This document shows positions 29,599 through 39,449 of a stretch of DNA of 64,000 nucleotides, in pieces. This stretch comes from a virus, in IMG/VR virus record IMGVR_UViG_3300025133_000055, positions 1 to 64,000 of that record. The stretch is one strand, 5' to 3'. The notes under the pieces were generated by a model that was not told the origin of the DNA, did no database searches, and was given only the letters and a program-made list of their open reading frames with translations. Position 1 is the first letter of the stretch. Every line of letters begins with the position of its first letter. The translations under genes and the position numbers were made by a program.

Positions 29599-30477
29599 AT
29601 GAGCAAGAAGCAACTGAATGAAGTTCGTCGCTTTATGAAACTGGCCAATCTTAACGGGAACATTACTTCTAACTTTATTAAGGAAACATATGGCGCAGAC
29701 TATATGCACGAAGAGGAAGAGATCGAAGATGTAAGTGTGGAGGACGAGGGCACTGAAGATGATGTCATGGATCTTGAAGATGTCGGCCTCGAAGATGAGA
29801 TGGGCCCCCCCGTCGCTGAAATCGAAGGGGGAGGGGACGCCGAAGAACTCGTTTTAAATATCGTTAACGATATCCAGCAACTTGCATCTCTCGCTGGTGT
29901 TGATGTTGATGTCGAGGGCGACGAGGCAGTTGAAGATGATGTGGACATGGACATGGATATAGACATGGAAATGGGCCCCGACGATGAAATGGACATCGAG
30001 GGCGATATCGAATTAGACACAGAAGAACCTGCGGAAGAAACCCTTGAAGAAATGATCAATGCCATCTTGGCAGAAGATCCTAAAGGAACTAAGAAAGGTG
30101 CCCCCCGAAAAACTGCTCGACGAGCTTACGAAAAGGAAGAGCTTGAAGAAGAAATAAGTGACGAAGATATCGACGGCTGGTTGAAGGGAGAGAGGGAGAT
30201 GCCCAGCAAACAACAAAGCGATGACGACGATCTGGCGAAACTCCAAGCAAGAGCAGCAGAGGAGGATGCGCCAGAAGATAAGGGCCGCACCAAGCCGCAC
30301 CGACGCGCCAAACGACCCCCACGCAGCGGCACACCCCTAAAGGGAGTTGCCCCTCAAAACGAATCAGTTCAAATTCTTGACGACGAAAAGCTTATTCAAG
30401 AGGTTACAAAGAGAGTTAAAAAACGCCTTGCTAAATATGCAAGGGCCCAAAAACGCCAACGACGCCAACGACGATAG
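29599..30477 (+). CDS. highly acidic low-complexity protein, possible internal head/scaffold protein
   Basis: D/E-rich body, Arg-rich tail, LNEVRRFMKLA start, late motif upstream. Confidence 0.6.
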   Translation: MSKKQLNEVRRFMKLANLNGNITSNFIKETYGADYMHEEEEIEDVSVEDEGTEDDVMDLEDVGLEDEMGPPVAEIEGGGDAEELVLNIVNDIQQLASLAGVDVDVEGDEAVEDDVDMDMDIDMEMGPDDEMDIEGDIELDTEEPAEETLEEMINAILAEDPKGTKKGAPRKTARRAYEKEELEEEISDEDIDGWLKGEREMPSKQQSDDDDLAKLQARAAEEDAPEDKGRTKPHRRAKRPPRSGTPLKGVAPQNESVQILDDEKLIQEVTKRVKKRLAKYARAQKRQRRQRR

Positions 30478-30492
30478 CATAATTTATAAAGC

Positions 30493-30530
30493 AATACCTC
30501 GGCAATGTGGAGTGCATAGACCGAGGTATT
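30493..30530 (+). terminator. stem-loop after the acidic protein gene
   Basis: aatacctcgg...ccgaggtatt perfect 10-bp stem. Confidence 0.5.
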
Positions 30531-30549
30531 TGTGCATTTGGAGTAGTAA

Positions 30550-30933
30550 ATGTTAAATCTTATTATAGGAGCACTCCTGGGAATTCTATTATATAGATTC
30601 TTCAGTCGTCTCTATGGACCCTCTGTTCCTACTACACTGCTCAAAGTATCAGAATTTTATTGTTTGCAGCTTTTAATCTCAGCACATGATGATTTAGTCT
30701 TTCTAAAAGAAACGAAGGCAAAGACGATGAAAGACTTGAATTTAACAGAAAATCAAATAAAGATAGCAAAAAATATAGAAGAGGCTCGTATCAATAGGTG
30801 GAAGCACGACTCCATTCAACAACTCTTATTACGATATCCAGCCTCGTTTTTAACAACGGTGGAATACCATGATTGGAACTCTGCTATGAGCTACTTGGAA
30901 AAAATAATAAAAAGACTTGACAAACCTTCTTGA
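30550..30933 (+). CDS. membrane-anchored hypothetical protein
   Basis: N-terminal hydrophobic helix. Confidence 0.6.
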   Translation: MLNLIIGALLGILLYRFFSRLYGPSVPTTLLKVSEFYCLQLLISAHDDLVFLKETKAKTMKDLNLTENQIKIAKNIEEARINRWKHDSIQQLLLRYPASFLTTVEYHDWNSAMSYLEKIIKRLDKPS

Positions 30934-30945
30934 AACAGATATACT
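30917..30945 (+). promoter_or_regulatory. sigma70-type promoter
   Basis: TTGACA-N17-TATACT. Confidence 0.6.
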
Positions 30946-30969
30946 TATAATAGAAGGGGGAATTTGTAA

Positions 30970-31347
30970 ATGAATGCTACAGCGTGGAAACACACTAAAG
31001 ACATCGACGGAGTAATCTATGCTATTCAAATCGATGGTATAAAGGGAAAGAGAAATGAAAGTAATCTTTTAAAGGAATTAAAAGATTGGAAGAGCTTCGG
31101 AGAAGGATATGACCCTACAAAAAAAGCCAGAACATTAATGTTTAAAAAGATATTTTCCAGCGACACAGATTGGAAAAAGTGGGCCCGAACATTTCCTTAT
31201 ATTTTAGTGGAGATTGGTTCTGTTAGTGGAAAACCCAAGCCCTATAAACTGGGGTTAGAGTATATTAAATCTAAAGAAAAGGGGAGCAAGAAAAATGTCA
31301 GAAAAAATGTCAGAAAAAAACAAAGAGGAAGAAAAAGCACCAAGTGA
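30970..31347 (+). CDS. basic hypothetical protein
   Basis: 125-aa ORF with SD. Confidence 0.55.
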   Translation: MNATAWKHTKDIDGVIYAIQIDGIKGKRNESNLLKELKDWKSFGEGYDPTKKARTLMFKKIFSSDTDWKKWARTFPYILVEIGSVSGKPKPYKLGLEYIKSKEKGSKKNVRKNVRKKQRGRKSTK

Positions 31348-31870
31348 GGATCTGAAACCTCCTGAGCCACGAGCTATTGGAATATTCAGCGATATTAATG
31401 AAAAGAAATCAGAAGATATAGTTTATGCCCTCAAATTATATACCGCTGATTCCAAAGAAGATATAGATTTCTATATTTCAACTAGCGGGGGTTCTGCTGC
31501 TGATATGTTTGCCATCTATGATTTCATGCGGGAGACGCGGGAAAAATTAGATATTGTAACCCACGGATTGGGGAAGGTAATGTCGGCTGGTATTTTGCTG
31601 CTTGCGGCCGGAACAAAAGGGAAGAGAAAGGTAGGGAAGCATTGCAGAGTGATGATTCACACGGTTGTTGGTGCCAATGCTGGACCCTTTCATGAACTAG
31701 AAAATGAAATGTGCGAAATTCAACACATACAAAATATGTATATACAGGCCCTATGTTTAGAAACAAAACTTACAAAGAAGAAAATAAGAGCATTATTTGC
31801 AAAAAATGTAAATGTTTATCTGTCGGCAGAAGAAGCAGTTGAATATGGCATAGCCGACATTATTGTATAG
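31295..31870 (+). CDS. clpP: ClpP-family protease 1
   Basis: ISTSGGS, VMSAG, MIH, YLSAEEAVEYGIADII. Confidence 0.88.
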   Translation: MSEKMSEKNKEEEKAPSEDLKPPEPRAIGIFSDINEKKSEDIVYALKLYTADSKEDIDFYISTSGGSAADMFAIYDFMRETREKLDIVTHGLGKVMSAGILLLAAGTKGKRKVGKHCRVMIHTVVGANAGPFHELENEMCEIQHIQNMYIQALCLETKLTKKKIRALFAKNVNVYLSAEEAVEYGIADIIV

Positions 31871-31887
31871 AATAACAAGATATTGAG

Positions 31888-31898
31888 GACTAATTATT
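31888..31898 (+). promoter_or_regulatory. putative phage late promoter motif
   Basis: GACTAATTATT 3 nt before the ATG. Confidence 0.5.
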
Positions 31899-31901
31899 AG
31901 T

Positions 31902-33299
31902 ATGAATAAACTAGAAAATTTAATTGAAAAACACTATAAAAGGAAGAAGGGGAGTCTTACATTTCGATCTCTTATTGAAATGGTAGAAGAGACTATGAAA
32001 AATCTGAGCCCCCTCTTCGAAGAGACACTGGCGGTCAGTTATGATGCTGCTGAGGGAGAAGTTCCCCCCGAATTAAAAAACGGAGTGAGGCTTCCCATAT
32101 TTAAAATTACAGAATTATGGGGAAAAGTTGATAATAAGGACAGGGAGATTATCGAGCAATTCACCAAGAATTTGGGGGGTTCAACGATAAAAGAAAAATT
32201 AACCAACCTTAACGAGATAATTCAATATGATCCAAAGGCAGATATTCCCAAAATTATATCTGCGATGGTAGTGGTGGAAACACTCAGGAGTATCATCATT
32301 GAGTATACCGAAGCCGTTGGTGGCTTTTTATTCGAGGGTTTTTTAGCTGGCATCTTTGGTGGTCAAAGTATTCAAATTGTGGATGTCACCGGAGATGAGG
32401 CCGCTGGCCAAGCTGGGAAACCCATTACCGATGTTGTTCTCAATGGCATTCATTATAGTTTAAAGTTGTTGTCACCGGGAACGACCATTGATGGCTCTTA
32501 TAAAAATATTGTAGAGCACTTTGCCACCGTTTCTCCGCCGGAGATAACTTACTTAGTTGTACGCAAAGTGGGCAACGATGTTTTAGACTTCTATGAATTT
32601 ACCATTACACAAGACAACTTTACAGATTATATCGGCTGGGCTGAGTATCATGACGTGAAAGAGGAGAAAGAAATTAGTGGTCTTTCAAGTGATGAGATGA
32701 TAGATCTTTTTAGCGATATCGGGTCTTCGAAAGGGAAGGGGAAGTCTGGTGTTGTGAAGATTAGCGATAAAAATGAAAAGAACGTCAATCGAAGTATTAA
32801 ATCTTTTAAAGACTCCCGCGCCCCCTTTACTGTTATTTATCGCGGAGAGGAAGATATAAGTCAACTTAAAAGATATTCCGCCAGTGTCAATCACCTTTAT
32901 GGCTCACCGGAGGTATACCAACAAGTTAAAGAAGCCCAGAATGGTCCGTTTGAGGAGTTTATTAACCTTTTAAGAACAACTCCCGGATATACCGGATCCC
33001 AACAGTTTCATATTTCTCCCGAATATGCCAAGTCTGTGTCTGAAAATGTGGGACAGTTAGATCTATCAGAAAATAATTTATTGGGTATCACGGAAAAGTA
33101 TCTAGATAAACTGGCAGGAGAATTGATACCCATCTATTCCACACTTCACTCATTTAGTGAAAATATAAATCGTTATTTCCTGGGTGTCGATGAAAAGGAC
33201 ACAACTCGAAAAAAACGAGCACTTGCCGCAAGAGAAGATGCGTTTAGACTTCGTAAAAATGTCGACAATGTTGTTGAAAAAGAAACAGAAGAGAGGTAA
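31902..33299 (+). CDS. hypothetical protein, possible PD-(D/E)xK nuclease-like fold
   Basis: GFLFEGFLA...ITDVV...YSLKLL. Confidence 0.5.
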   Translation: MNKLENLIEKHYKRKKGSLTFRSLIEMVEETMKNLSPLFEETLAVSYDAAEGEVPPELKNGVRLPIFKITELWGKVDNKDREIIEQFTKNLGGSTIKEKLTNLNEIIQYDPKADIPKIISAMVVVETLRSIIIEYTEAVGGFLFEGFLAGIFGGQSIQIVDVTGDEAAGQAGKPITDVVLNGIHYSLKLLSPGTTIDGSYKNIVEHFATVSPPEITYLVVRKVGNDVLDFYEFTITQDNFTDYIGWAEYHDVKEEKEISGLSSDEMIDLFSDIGSSKGKGKSGVVKISDKNEKNVNRSIKSFKDSRAPFTVIYRGEEDISQLKRYSASVNHLYGSPEVYQQVKEAQNGPFEEFINLLRTTPGYTGSQQFHISPEYAKSVSENVGQLDLSENNLLGITEKYLDKLAGELIPIYSTLHSFSENINRYFLGVDEKDTTRKKRALAAREDAFRLRKNVDNVVEKETEER

Positions 33300-33302
33300 T
33301 AA

Positions 33303-34871
33303 TTGACCAAACATTATGGTTCTGGCTCTGAGATGAGCCAAAAGATTCTGAAAGGAATTAATGTTTTAGCAGATAATGTAGCTTCCACCCTTGGACCAAG
33401 GGGGAGGAATGTTATTCTGCAAGAGAAAGGAAAGCGACCTATCATCACCAAGGACGGTGTGACAGTTGCAAACTTTGTGGATTTAGAGGATCCAATTGAG
33501 AATGCTGGTGTTCAGATTATTAAACAAGCGGCAGCACAAACAAATTTGGATGCCGGTGACGGCACAACAACTGCAACAGTTTTATCACGCGCTATTCTCA
33601 ATAAGGCTCAAAAATATATTTCTGCGGGAGTTCCCCCTATTGAATTGCAGCGAGGGATCGAAAAGGCAGTTGCAGTTATTGTTGAAAACTTAAAAGAGAT
33701 GTCGCAACCAATCGCATGCGAAGAAAACATTGCTCACATTGCAACCATTTCTGCAAATAATGATAAACATATCGGAAATTTGGTTGGCCGTGCGGTGAGT
33801 GCAGCGGGCAAGGACGGTGCTATTACAGTCGAGGAGGCACGCTCCCATCAAACCAGCCTAGACCTTGTAGAAGGCTTCAGGATGGACTCTGGTTATGCTG
33901 CAACGGCTTTCATTACCGATGAGAGACGACGCGCCGCAACTTACGATAACCCGCTTCTACTGGTAACAGATGAGAAGATCGAGCATGTTCAAGATATCAT
34001 GGGCATCTTGGAATTGTCGGCCAGGGAGGCGCGCCCTCTGGTGTTTATCTCTACGGAGGTAGAGGGTCAAGCATTAGCCGCAATGATTATGAATGCGATT
34101 AAGGGTACATTAAAGATCGCAGCAGTCAAAGCACCGCGATATGGCGAGGAAAGACAAAACATCCTAAAGGACTTAGCCATCTCCACTGGCGCAAACTTTA
34201 TTAGCAGGTCGCAAGGAAGAAAACTTAGTGAAGTTAAGTTGACTGATTTTGGAACCGCCGCCAGAATTGATATTACTCGAAGTCAGACTACAATCGTCGG
34301 CGGCGATGGGAACCAAGACTTGATTGATGAGCAGGTCGAAGAACTCAAATCAGACCTGATCCACGAAGAAAACTTGCATGAGTGTGAGAAGATTCAAGAC
34401 AGGATCGCCAGATTGTCAAGTGGGATCGCCATCATCCGAATCGGTGCAGCCACCGAGATTGAGATGATCGAGAAGAAACACAGAGTTGAGGATGCCCTAG
34501 AGGCTGTCCGATCGGCACAAATGGAAGGCATCATCGCGGGGGGAGGTGCGGCATTGATTCGAGCGACCACTAACCTAGAAGTTGATGTTGACAATGATGA
34601 TCAACTGCTTGGTGTTGAAATTGTCAAAGAGGCAGTTAAGGCGCCCCTCAAACAGATGGCCCTGAATGCGGGTAAATCTCCAGACATTATTTGTGAACTA
34701 GTTTTAAAAGAAAAAGGTAATTGTGGTTATAATTTTATATCCGATAGCCTTGTTGATTTATTAGAGGCCGGCGTCATAGATCCTGTAAGAGTCACACGTA
34801 CCGCACTCCAAAATGCAGCCTCAGTTGCGGGCACATTAATTACAACAAACTGTGCCATAATACAAAGTTAA
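33303..34871 (+). CDS. groEL: chaperonin GroEL
   Basis: TLGPRGRNV, ITKDGVTVA, AGDGTTTAT, GGGAAL, VIDP. Confidence 0.95.
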   Translation: MTKHYGSGSEMSQKILKGINVLADNVASTLGPRGRNVILQEKGKRPIITKDGVTVANFVDLEDPIENAGVQIIKQAAAQTNLDAGDGTTTATVLSRAILNKAQKYISAGVPPIELQRGIEKAVAVIVENLKEMSQPIACEENIAHIATISANNDKHIGNLVGRAVSAAGKDGAITVEEARSHQTSLDLVEGFRMDSGYAATAFITDERRRAATYDNPLLLVTDEKIEHVQDIMGILELSAREARPLVFISTEVEGQALAAMIMNAIKGTLKIAAVKAPRYGEERQNILKDLAISTGANFISRSQGRKLSEVKLTDFGTAARIDITRSQTTIVGGDGNQDLIDEQVEELKSDLIHEENLHECEKIQDRIARLSSGIAIIRIGAATEIEMIEKKHRVEDALEAVRSAQMEGIIAGGGAALIRATTNLEVDVDNDDQLLGVEIVKEAVKAPLKQMALNAGKSPDIICELVLKEKGNCGYNFISDSLVDLLEAGVIDPVRVTRTALQNAASVAGTLITTNCAIIQS

Positions 34872-34872
34872 A

Positions 34873-34883
34873 AACTATTTATG
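34873..34883 (+). promoter_or_regulatory. putative phage late promoter motif
   Basis: AACTATTTATG. Confidence 0.5.
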
Positions 34884-34920
34884 AGTGTTGGGATAAAACT
34901 TAAAGGGGGGCCCAAGTGAC

Positions 34921-35199
34921 ATGTCTGAAGATGAAGTTAGCAAGGTGGATATTATTGAATTGGATGGGAAACTATCAAGGATTGTCGATGGATTGGAAGG
35001 GGTTAGAACATGCCAGGACCGGATGTCAGATGATATTGCGAAGATTAAAGATGCAGTCTACAATCCTGACGAGGGATTGTACGCAAGACTCAGGAATCTT
35101 GAGCAGTGGAAAGAGGCTTCTTCAAAAATTACTTGGGTGATAATGACCAGTATTGTAGGTCTGGCATCTGCAACAGTTTGGCACACTTTTTTTAAATAA
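34921..35199 (+). CDS. coiled-coil plus C-terminal TM protein (XhlA/holin-like)
   Basis: RLRNLEQW followed by a hydrophobic C-terminal helix. Confidence 0.5.
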   Translation: MSEDEVSKVDIIELDGKLSRIVDGLEGVRTCQDRMSDDIAKIKDAVYNPDEGLYARLRNLEQWKEASSKITWVIMTSIVGLASATVWHTFFK

Positions 35200-35203
35200 A
35201 GGG

Positions 35204-35232
35204 TTGACAATTATTTCATAACATGTTATAAT
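35204..35232 (+). promoter_or_regulatory. sigma70-type promoter
   Basis: TTGACA-N17-TATAAT with TG. Confidence 0.75.
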
Positions 35233-35253
35233 TATAATTAGCGTGGAGTATAA

Positions 35254-35568
35254 ATGCGTGTTAATATAAGTTACTCTGTGGAGCTATGTGAAGTCCCACG
35301 AGAGGTTGATAAATTACTTGAAGAGTGTGAGGTTCTTTTTAGACAAATGTGCGGAAAATTTGGGGGTGTTTGTAGCACTAGTCCACTTGAAACTATTGAA
35401 AATTTAAATGATATTCGTGAGCAGTTGAAGACAACCGACATTAGATTGTCGGAATGCACTCAAATTTTGGCGGGGTATGTGGATATTAAAACCAAAATGC
35501 CTTTGTTGTCCCCCCAAGAGCAGGAGCACCAACCGGAGGAGAAGCAAGGCGATGATGAAGAACTTTAA
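35254..35568 (+). CDS. hypothetical protein
   Basis: ORF with SD after a promoter. Confidence 0.6.
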   Translation: MRVNISYSVELCEVPREVDKLLEECEVLFRQMCGKFGGVCSTSPLETIENLNDIREQLKTTDIRLSECTQILAGYVDIKTKMPLLSPQEQEHQPEEKQGDDEEL

Positions 35569-35797
35569 ACAGGGGGAGTATGTTTATATTCCCTCAAATG
35601 TGATGCTGTTTCGCATCGATATGGACCAAAAAAAAGACTTGACAAACTTTGAGGCGGCTAAATTAATGGAAAAACCACAGCACCTGATGTTTATTAACGA
35701 ATGTAAAGTTGATAGTAACTGGGTTCAAGTTTTTTATAAAGGAGAACTTTGGACCGTTAAAAAAGAAAATATTTATGAAATAGAGGAAGAAGGATGA
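35552..35797 (+). CDS. small beta-barrel-like hypothetical protein
   Basis: FKQGEYVY start; start reassigned. Confidence 0.55.
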   Translation: MMKNFKQGEYVYIPSNVMLFRIDMDQKKDLTNFEAAKLMEKPQHLMFINECKVDSNWVQVFYKGELWTVKKENIYEIEEEG

Positions 35798-36084
35798 ACA
35801 TAAAATTTATAGAAGTTTTTGGACATGGACACGGAAGTGCTTCAAAGAATTATTCTTTGAGAACAGTATATGTTAATCCAAACCATGTAGTTTGTTTGAG
35901 AGAGGACTCCGATACATCCAGGCTTTTAAGTGAAGGACGCCTACCTGACGAGTTAGATTCTCGACAGACTTTTACTTGTATGTCGATCAACAAGGGAACT
36001 CATGGCCAGGATATTATTATAATTGGCCCTGTCGAGGAAATTCAGAAAAAACTACAATCCCACCGACAATTACTAAGGGGATAG
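35794..36084 (+). CDS. hypothetical protein (FlbD-like motif)
   Basis: VYVNPNHVVCLRE. Confidence 0.5.
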   Translation: MNIKFIEVFGHGHGSASKNYSLRTVYVNPNHVVCLREDSDTSRLLSEGRLPDELDSRQTFTCMSINKGTHGQDIIIIGPVEEIQKKLQSHRQLLRG

Positions 36085-36086
36085 TT

Positions 36087-36518
36087 ATGGAAATTGCATG
36101 TAAATTTAAAGAGCTTAAAGAGCTTGAACCGTCCATTGTTCGAGAAAAAGATACGAGAACGAAGTGTGGTAGATATGAAGGGGGGAGTCTTAATATAAAG
36201 GGTTTTGGTCATGACAGGTGGGCGGTTGCTGCTTATATTATTCCCGACAAACCCCTTAAAAAATATGTTTCTAAAGGTCTGTCGGAGCAACAAATCGTCG
36301 AGGGATGCTTGAAGTATCTCAATAAGCCTCCCACCAAGAGATCCAAAAAGCTTAAATATGGAAAATTGGAATGTAGACATTTTATTTTTATGGAAGGAGC
36401 GATTAGTGTTTCTTTGATCGTTGACCAGAGAAATAATAAATATTTCTGGGGGCGCGGAAAAATTAACAAGCAACGAAAAATAAACTCATACAGGGGTCGA
36501 CCGAGAAAAAAGAAATGA
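36087..36518 (+). CDS. basic hypothetical protein
   Basis: Start reassigned to the ATG after the SD. Confidence 0.55.
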   Translation: MEIACKFKELKELEPSIVREKDTRTKCGRYEGGSLNIKGFGHDRWAVAAYIIPDKPLKKYVSKGLSEQQIVEGCLKYLNKPPTKRSKKLKYGKLECRHFIFMEGAISVSLIVDQRNNKYFWGRGKINKQRKINSYRGRPRKKK

Positions 36519-36913
36519 TAACAGAAAAAATAGAACAAGACCTCTCTTGTGTGGAGGCTTATTTGCTGGACTATCATAGTGTTGTTGTGGATTTCGATAT
36601 ATTAGGGCTGGATGAATATTGGGTTGAGGATAGGACAGTGACAATTAATAGCTCCCAAGATAAAAAACACCAGCTTTTTGTTTTGCTACATGAAACGGGC
36701 CATGTAATTTTGAGAGACAGAGAAAATTTCAATGAAGCATTCCCGGATGTCGAATACGAAAGAATAGAAACGCTAAAAGAAGAGGTAATGGCATGGGAAG
36801 AAGCCAGGAAGTTGGCAAAAAAATTAAATATTGAATTAGATGCTGACTGGATTTTAAATTATCGTAATTCTTTAAAAAGATATGCATCGTGGTCTATTAG
36901 GCTGGAGAGTTAA
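36515..36913 (+). CDS. zinc metallopeptidase-like (ImmA/IrrE type)
   Basis: LLHETGH followed by EEVMAW. Confidence 0.7.
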   Translation: MITEKIEQDLSCVEAYLLDYHSVVVDFDILGLDEYWVEDRTVTINSSQDKKHQLFVLLHETGHVILRDRENFNEAFPDVEYERIETLKEEVMAWEEARKLAKKLNIELDADWILNYRNSLKRYASWSIRLES

Positions 36914-37260
36914 TGACACCCAAATTTTATTTAGCGTGCCTCCTTATCTTGGCGGGACATGTTTTTGCTTGGTATGGAACTTACTCTCAATTTATCTGGG
37001 ACTGGTGTAAAAACAATGTTCATCTGCTTCCTTTAATATTCGCCATTCCAACTGGCTATCTCTTTCTTTATGGAATGAGATTTGCCGTTCAAGAAATGGG
37101 AGAAGTCTGGGGTCCGCGATTGTTGGGCTTCGGGCTTTCTTATTTGGTCTTTCCTATCCTGACTTATTATTATTTTGGCGAGAGTATACTGGCTCCTAAA
37201 ACTTTAATTTGTATTGGTTTATCTTTTTCTATCGTAGGTATCCAGGTATTTTGGAAATAA
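36913..37260 (+). CDS. four-TM small membrane protein (SMR/DMT-like)
   Basis: Four hydrophobic helices, FGES motif. Confidence 0.6.
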   Translation: MTPKFYLACLLILAGHVFAWYGTYSQFIWDWCKNNVHLLPLIFAIPTGYLFLYGMRFAVQEMGEVWGPRLLGFGLSYLVFPILTYYYFGESILAPKTLICIGLSFSIVGIQVFWK

Positions 37261-37264
37261 GATG

Positions 37265-37275
37265 AACTAATTATA
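37265..37275 (+). promoter_or_regulatory. putative phage late promoter motif
   Basis: AACTAATTATA. Confidence 0.6.
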
Positions 37276-37293
37276 AGCTGGAAGGAACTTGAT

Positions 37294-37638
37294 ATGAAAC
37301 TTTTAATTGAAAGCTGGCGGAAGTATCTTAATGAAGGTGACGTTGTTGATCTCTCTTCTCACCCTAAATATAAAGTTCACCAAACAAAGGCAGAGAAGAT
37401 GATTGCCGCAGATGACTTGATCGAATGGGGCGCCAAATATTTAAACAGCACCAGATATGATGTCACCGAGAAACACAAAGAGTTAGCTAAATTCGCTGAG
37501 AAGGCCGAAGAGTTAGGTTTAAATTTGGGCAATGAGGAACTTCAAGATTTTATAGACGACTCATATATAGCACATGCCGCATACAAAGCCGAGCCTGAAA
37601 AAAAGCCATGGTGGAAATTTTGGGGTGATGAAAAATGA
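37294..37638 (+). CDS. hypothetical protein with MKLLIESWRKYLNEG leader
   Basis: Leader shared with 16527; ends KKPWWKFWG. Confidence 0.7.
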   Translation: MKLLIESWRKYLNEGDVVDLSSHPKYKVHQTKAEKMIAADDLIEWGAKYLNSTRYDVTEKHKELAKFAEKAEELGLNLGNEELQDFIDDSYIAHAAYKAEPEKKPWWKFWGDEK

Positions 37639-37991
37639 ACTTAGATCAAATTATAGATGAACAATTGGAGGTTCTCCAAGAGGAGAAATATAAGTTAAGA
37701 ATATTCCAGGTTGAGGTTCTGCTAAGAATTGAATCTGAGTTCGGAGTCGAAGAAACATTGCAAGATATTCGCTCTATTTCCGGGGTGACCGTTGTAACTG
37801 CTTTGGATTCGCTATTTAGAAAAAACACTGGTTCCTATTTGAGTCACATTCGGATAAAATTTCATCCCCACAAAGATTCAACGACCGCAAAAACTTATAT
37901 AAAAGATTTCTTGCTTCCTTCTTTAAGGGGCGGCGAAATCCCTGGTTGTAAAATAATTAGAGTTGTCTCATCTCCGGAACAAATTGGGTGA
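37635..37991 (+). CDS. hypothetical protein
   Basis: DIRSISGVTVV, possible ferredoxin-like fold. Confidence 0.55.
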   Translation: MNLDQIIDEQLEVLQEEKYKLRIFQVEVLLRIESEFGVEETLQDIRSISGVTVVTALDSLFRKNTGSYLSHIRIKFHPHKDSTTAKTYIKDFLLPSLRGGEIPGCKIIRVVSSPEQIG

Positions 37992-38401
37992 TTAAAGTGA
38001 AAATAATTTCGCCTCAACAACCGCGCCGTGATACTAAACGAGTCGCGAAGGTAGTGATCGTGAATGACAAGGGTGAAATCTTATTGTTGCTCCGAAAAAA
38101 AGACCAGCCCTTTCCGATGAAGTGGGATCTTCCTGGCGGCCACCTTAAAGAGGGGGAGACTTGGGAGGAGGGAGCGCATCGTGAGGCCAAAGAAGAAACA
38201 AACCTTGACATCGGAAAAATGAAAATGATTTCCGATAAGGGAAAAAATAAATATTTCAAAACAGCAGACTGGGGTGGTGAATTATTCAGTTCCAAAGAAT
38301 TACCAGAACACGATGACTTTGTGTGGAGGGATCCAAATAGGCTCAAAGACTTGGATATCGGGCAACTCTATTTAGACGTTATAAGGAGTGCATTCAAATG
38401 A
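37988..38401 (+). CDS. Nudix hydrolase
   Basis: WDLPGGHLKEGETWEEGAHREAKEETNL Nudix box. Confidence 0.92.
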   Translation: MIKVKIISPQQPRRDTKRVAKVVIVNDKGEILLLLRKKDQPFPMKWDLPGGHLKEGETWEEGAHREAKEETNLDIGKMKMISDKGKNKYFKTADWGGELFSSKELPEHDDFVWRDPNRLKDLDIGQLYLDVIRSAFK

Positions 38402-38562
38402 AGTGGATGATAATAATTTTGTTGCTCGGTGGGTGTCTCAAAAAAAAGAAAGAAGTTGAACCGACTCCCATTCCGAGAGAAAAGATCTTGACGGAAGAAG
38501 ATCTTGAGCGGCTGCCCGAAACAAGATGGCCCGAAGAAAAAAGACCAGATGAAGGTTCATAA
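38398..38562 (+). CDS. 54-aa lipoprotein (not in ORF track)
   Basis: MKWMIIILLLGGC lipobox followed by a Pro-rich polar body. Confidence 0.6.
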   Translation: MKWMIIILLLGGCLKKKKEVEPTPIPREKILTEEDLERLPETRWPEEKRPDEGS

Positions 38563-38639
38563 ATTTTAAAATAGTTCTTCTTTTAGTCATTCCTTTAATA
38601 GTTACTAATAGAGGTGATAATTAGGAAGGAACTAAATTA

Positions 38640-39449
38640 ATGAAAATCGCAAGGAAGGTGTTAAGAAGCTTATTTGTTTTAATGTGCTTTATGTTAATTG
38701 TAACAACTCCCGGCTGCACAAAGATCGGGTCCTCTTTCTCTGATCTTGAAAAAAGTATCAAAGATGCACAGCAGGGACAGGAGTGTTGTTATTTAGAATA
38801 TGGTGTGAAAGAAAAGATAAGGGGTCGCGCCAATAAGGTGTCGAGAGAGTCCACCGTAAAAGTGGTGGTTCAAACGGAAAGAGGCACCTATCGTGGAACT
38901 GGTAGCTATTTTGTTTACAAGGGTCATCATATTGTGATCACTGCTGGGCATCTTTTCGCAGAAGGGCTTCCAACTGTTTTGGATTCGGAAGCTCTCATAA
39001 CAGCGCCTACTGAAAAAGTAGTTGGGACGCTGGCTTATTTCGATCCCTATACTGATATGGCAGTCTTTAGGGTTGCCCCCCTGGAAAGCCGCAAGCCGGC
39101 TAAGTTTGTACGCACGCCAAACTATGTGGTGGGGGATCCGGTGGTGTACTCGGGGTTTCCAGGCTCAAACAATCTGCTCACTCTTAATGGTGAGATAGCT
39201 GGAGATGGTTACGGAACCGATCTCGCCATTCAGTCATTTGCATGGGGCGGCTCGTCTGGATCGGGTGTCTTTGATGCCAAGGGTCATTTCGTTGGTGTGG
39301 TAGTCTCTATTATGGTGGGTCGAAGCCTGTTCGGATATCCAGAAAAAATTGGTTCAATTGTGTATGTGGCACCAGCCAATTTAATAGATATGGTTTATTT
39401 GAGACAAAATTTAGATAAATTGGAGGCGACAATGAATGACGGTTTTTAG
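38640..39449 (+). CDS. exported trypsin-like serine protease
   Basis: Signal peptide ending PGC, TAGH, D, GGSSGSGV. Confidence 0.85.
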   Translation: MKIARKVLRSLFVLMCFMLIVTTPGCTKIGSSFSDLEKSIKDAQQGQECCYLEYGVKEKIRGRANKVSRESTVKVVVQTERGTYRGTGSYFVYKGHHIVITAGHLFAEGLPTVLDSEALITAPTEKVVGTLAYFDPYTDMAVFRVAPLESRKPAKFVRTPNYVVGDPVVYSGFPGSNNLLTLNGEIAGDGYGTDLAIQSFAWGGSSGSGVFDAKGHFVGVVVSIMVGRSLFGYPEKIGSIVYVAPANLIDMVYLRQNLDKLEATMNDGF

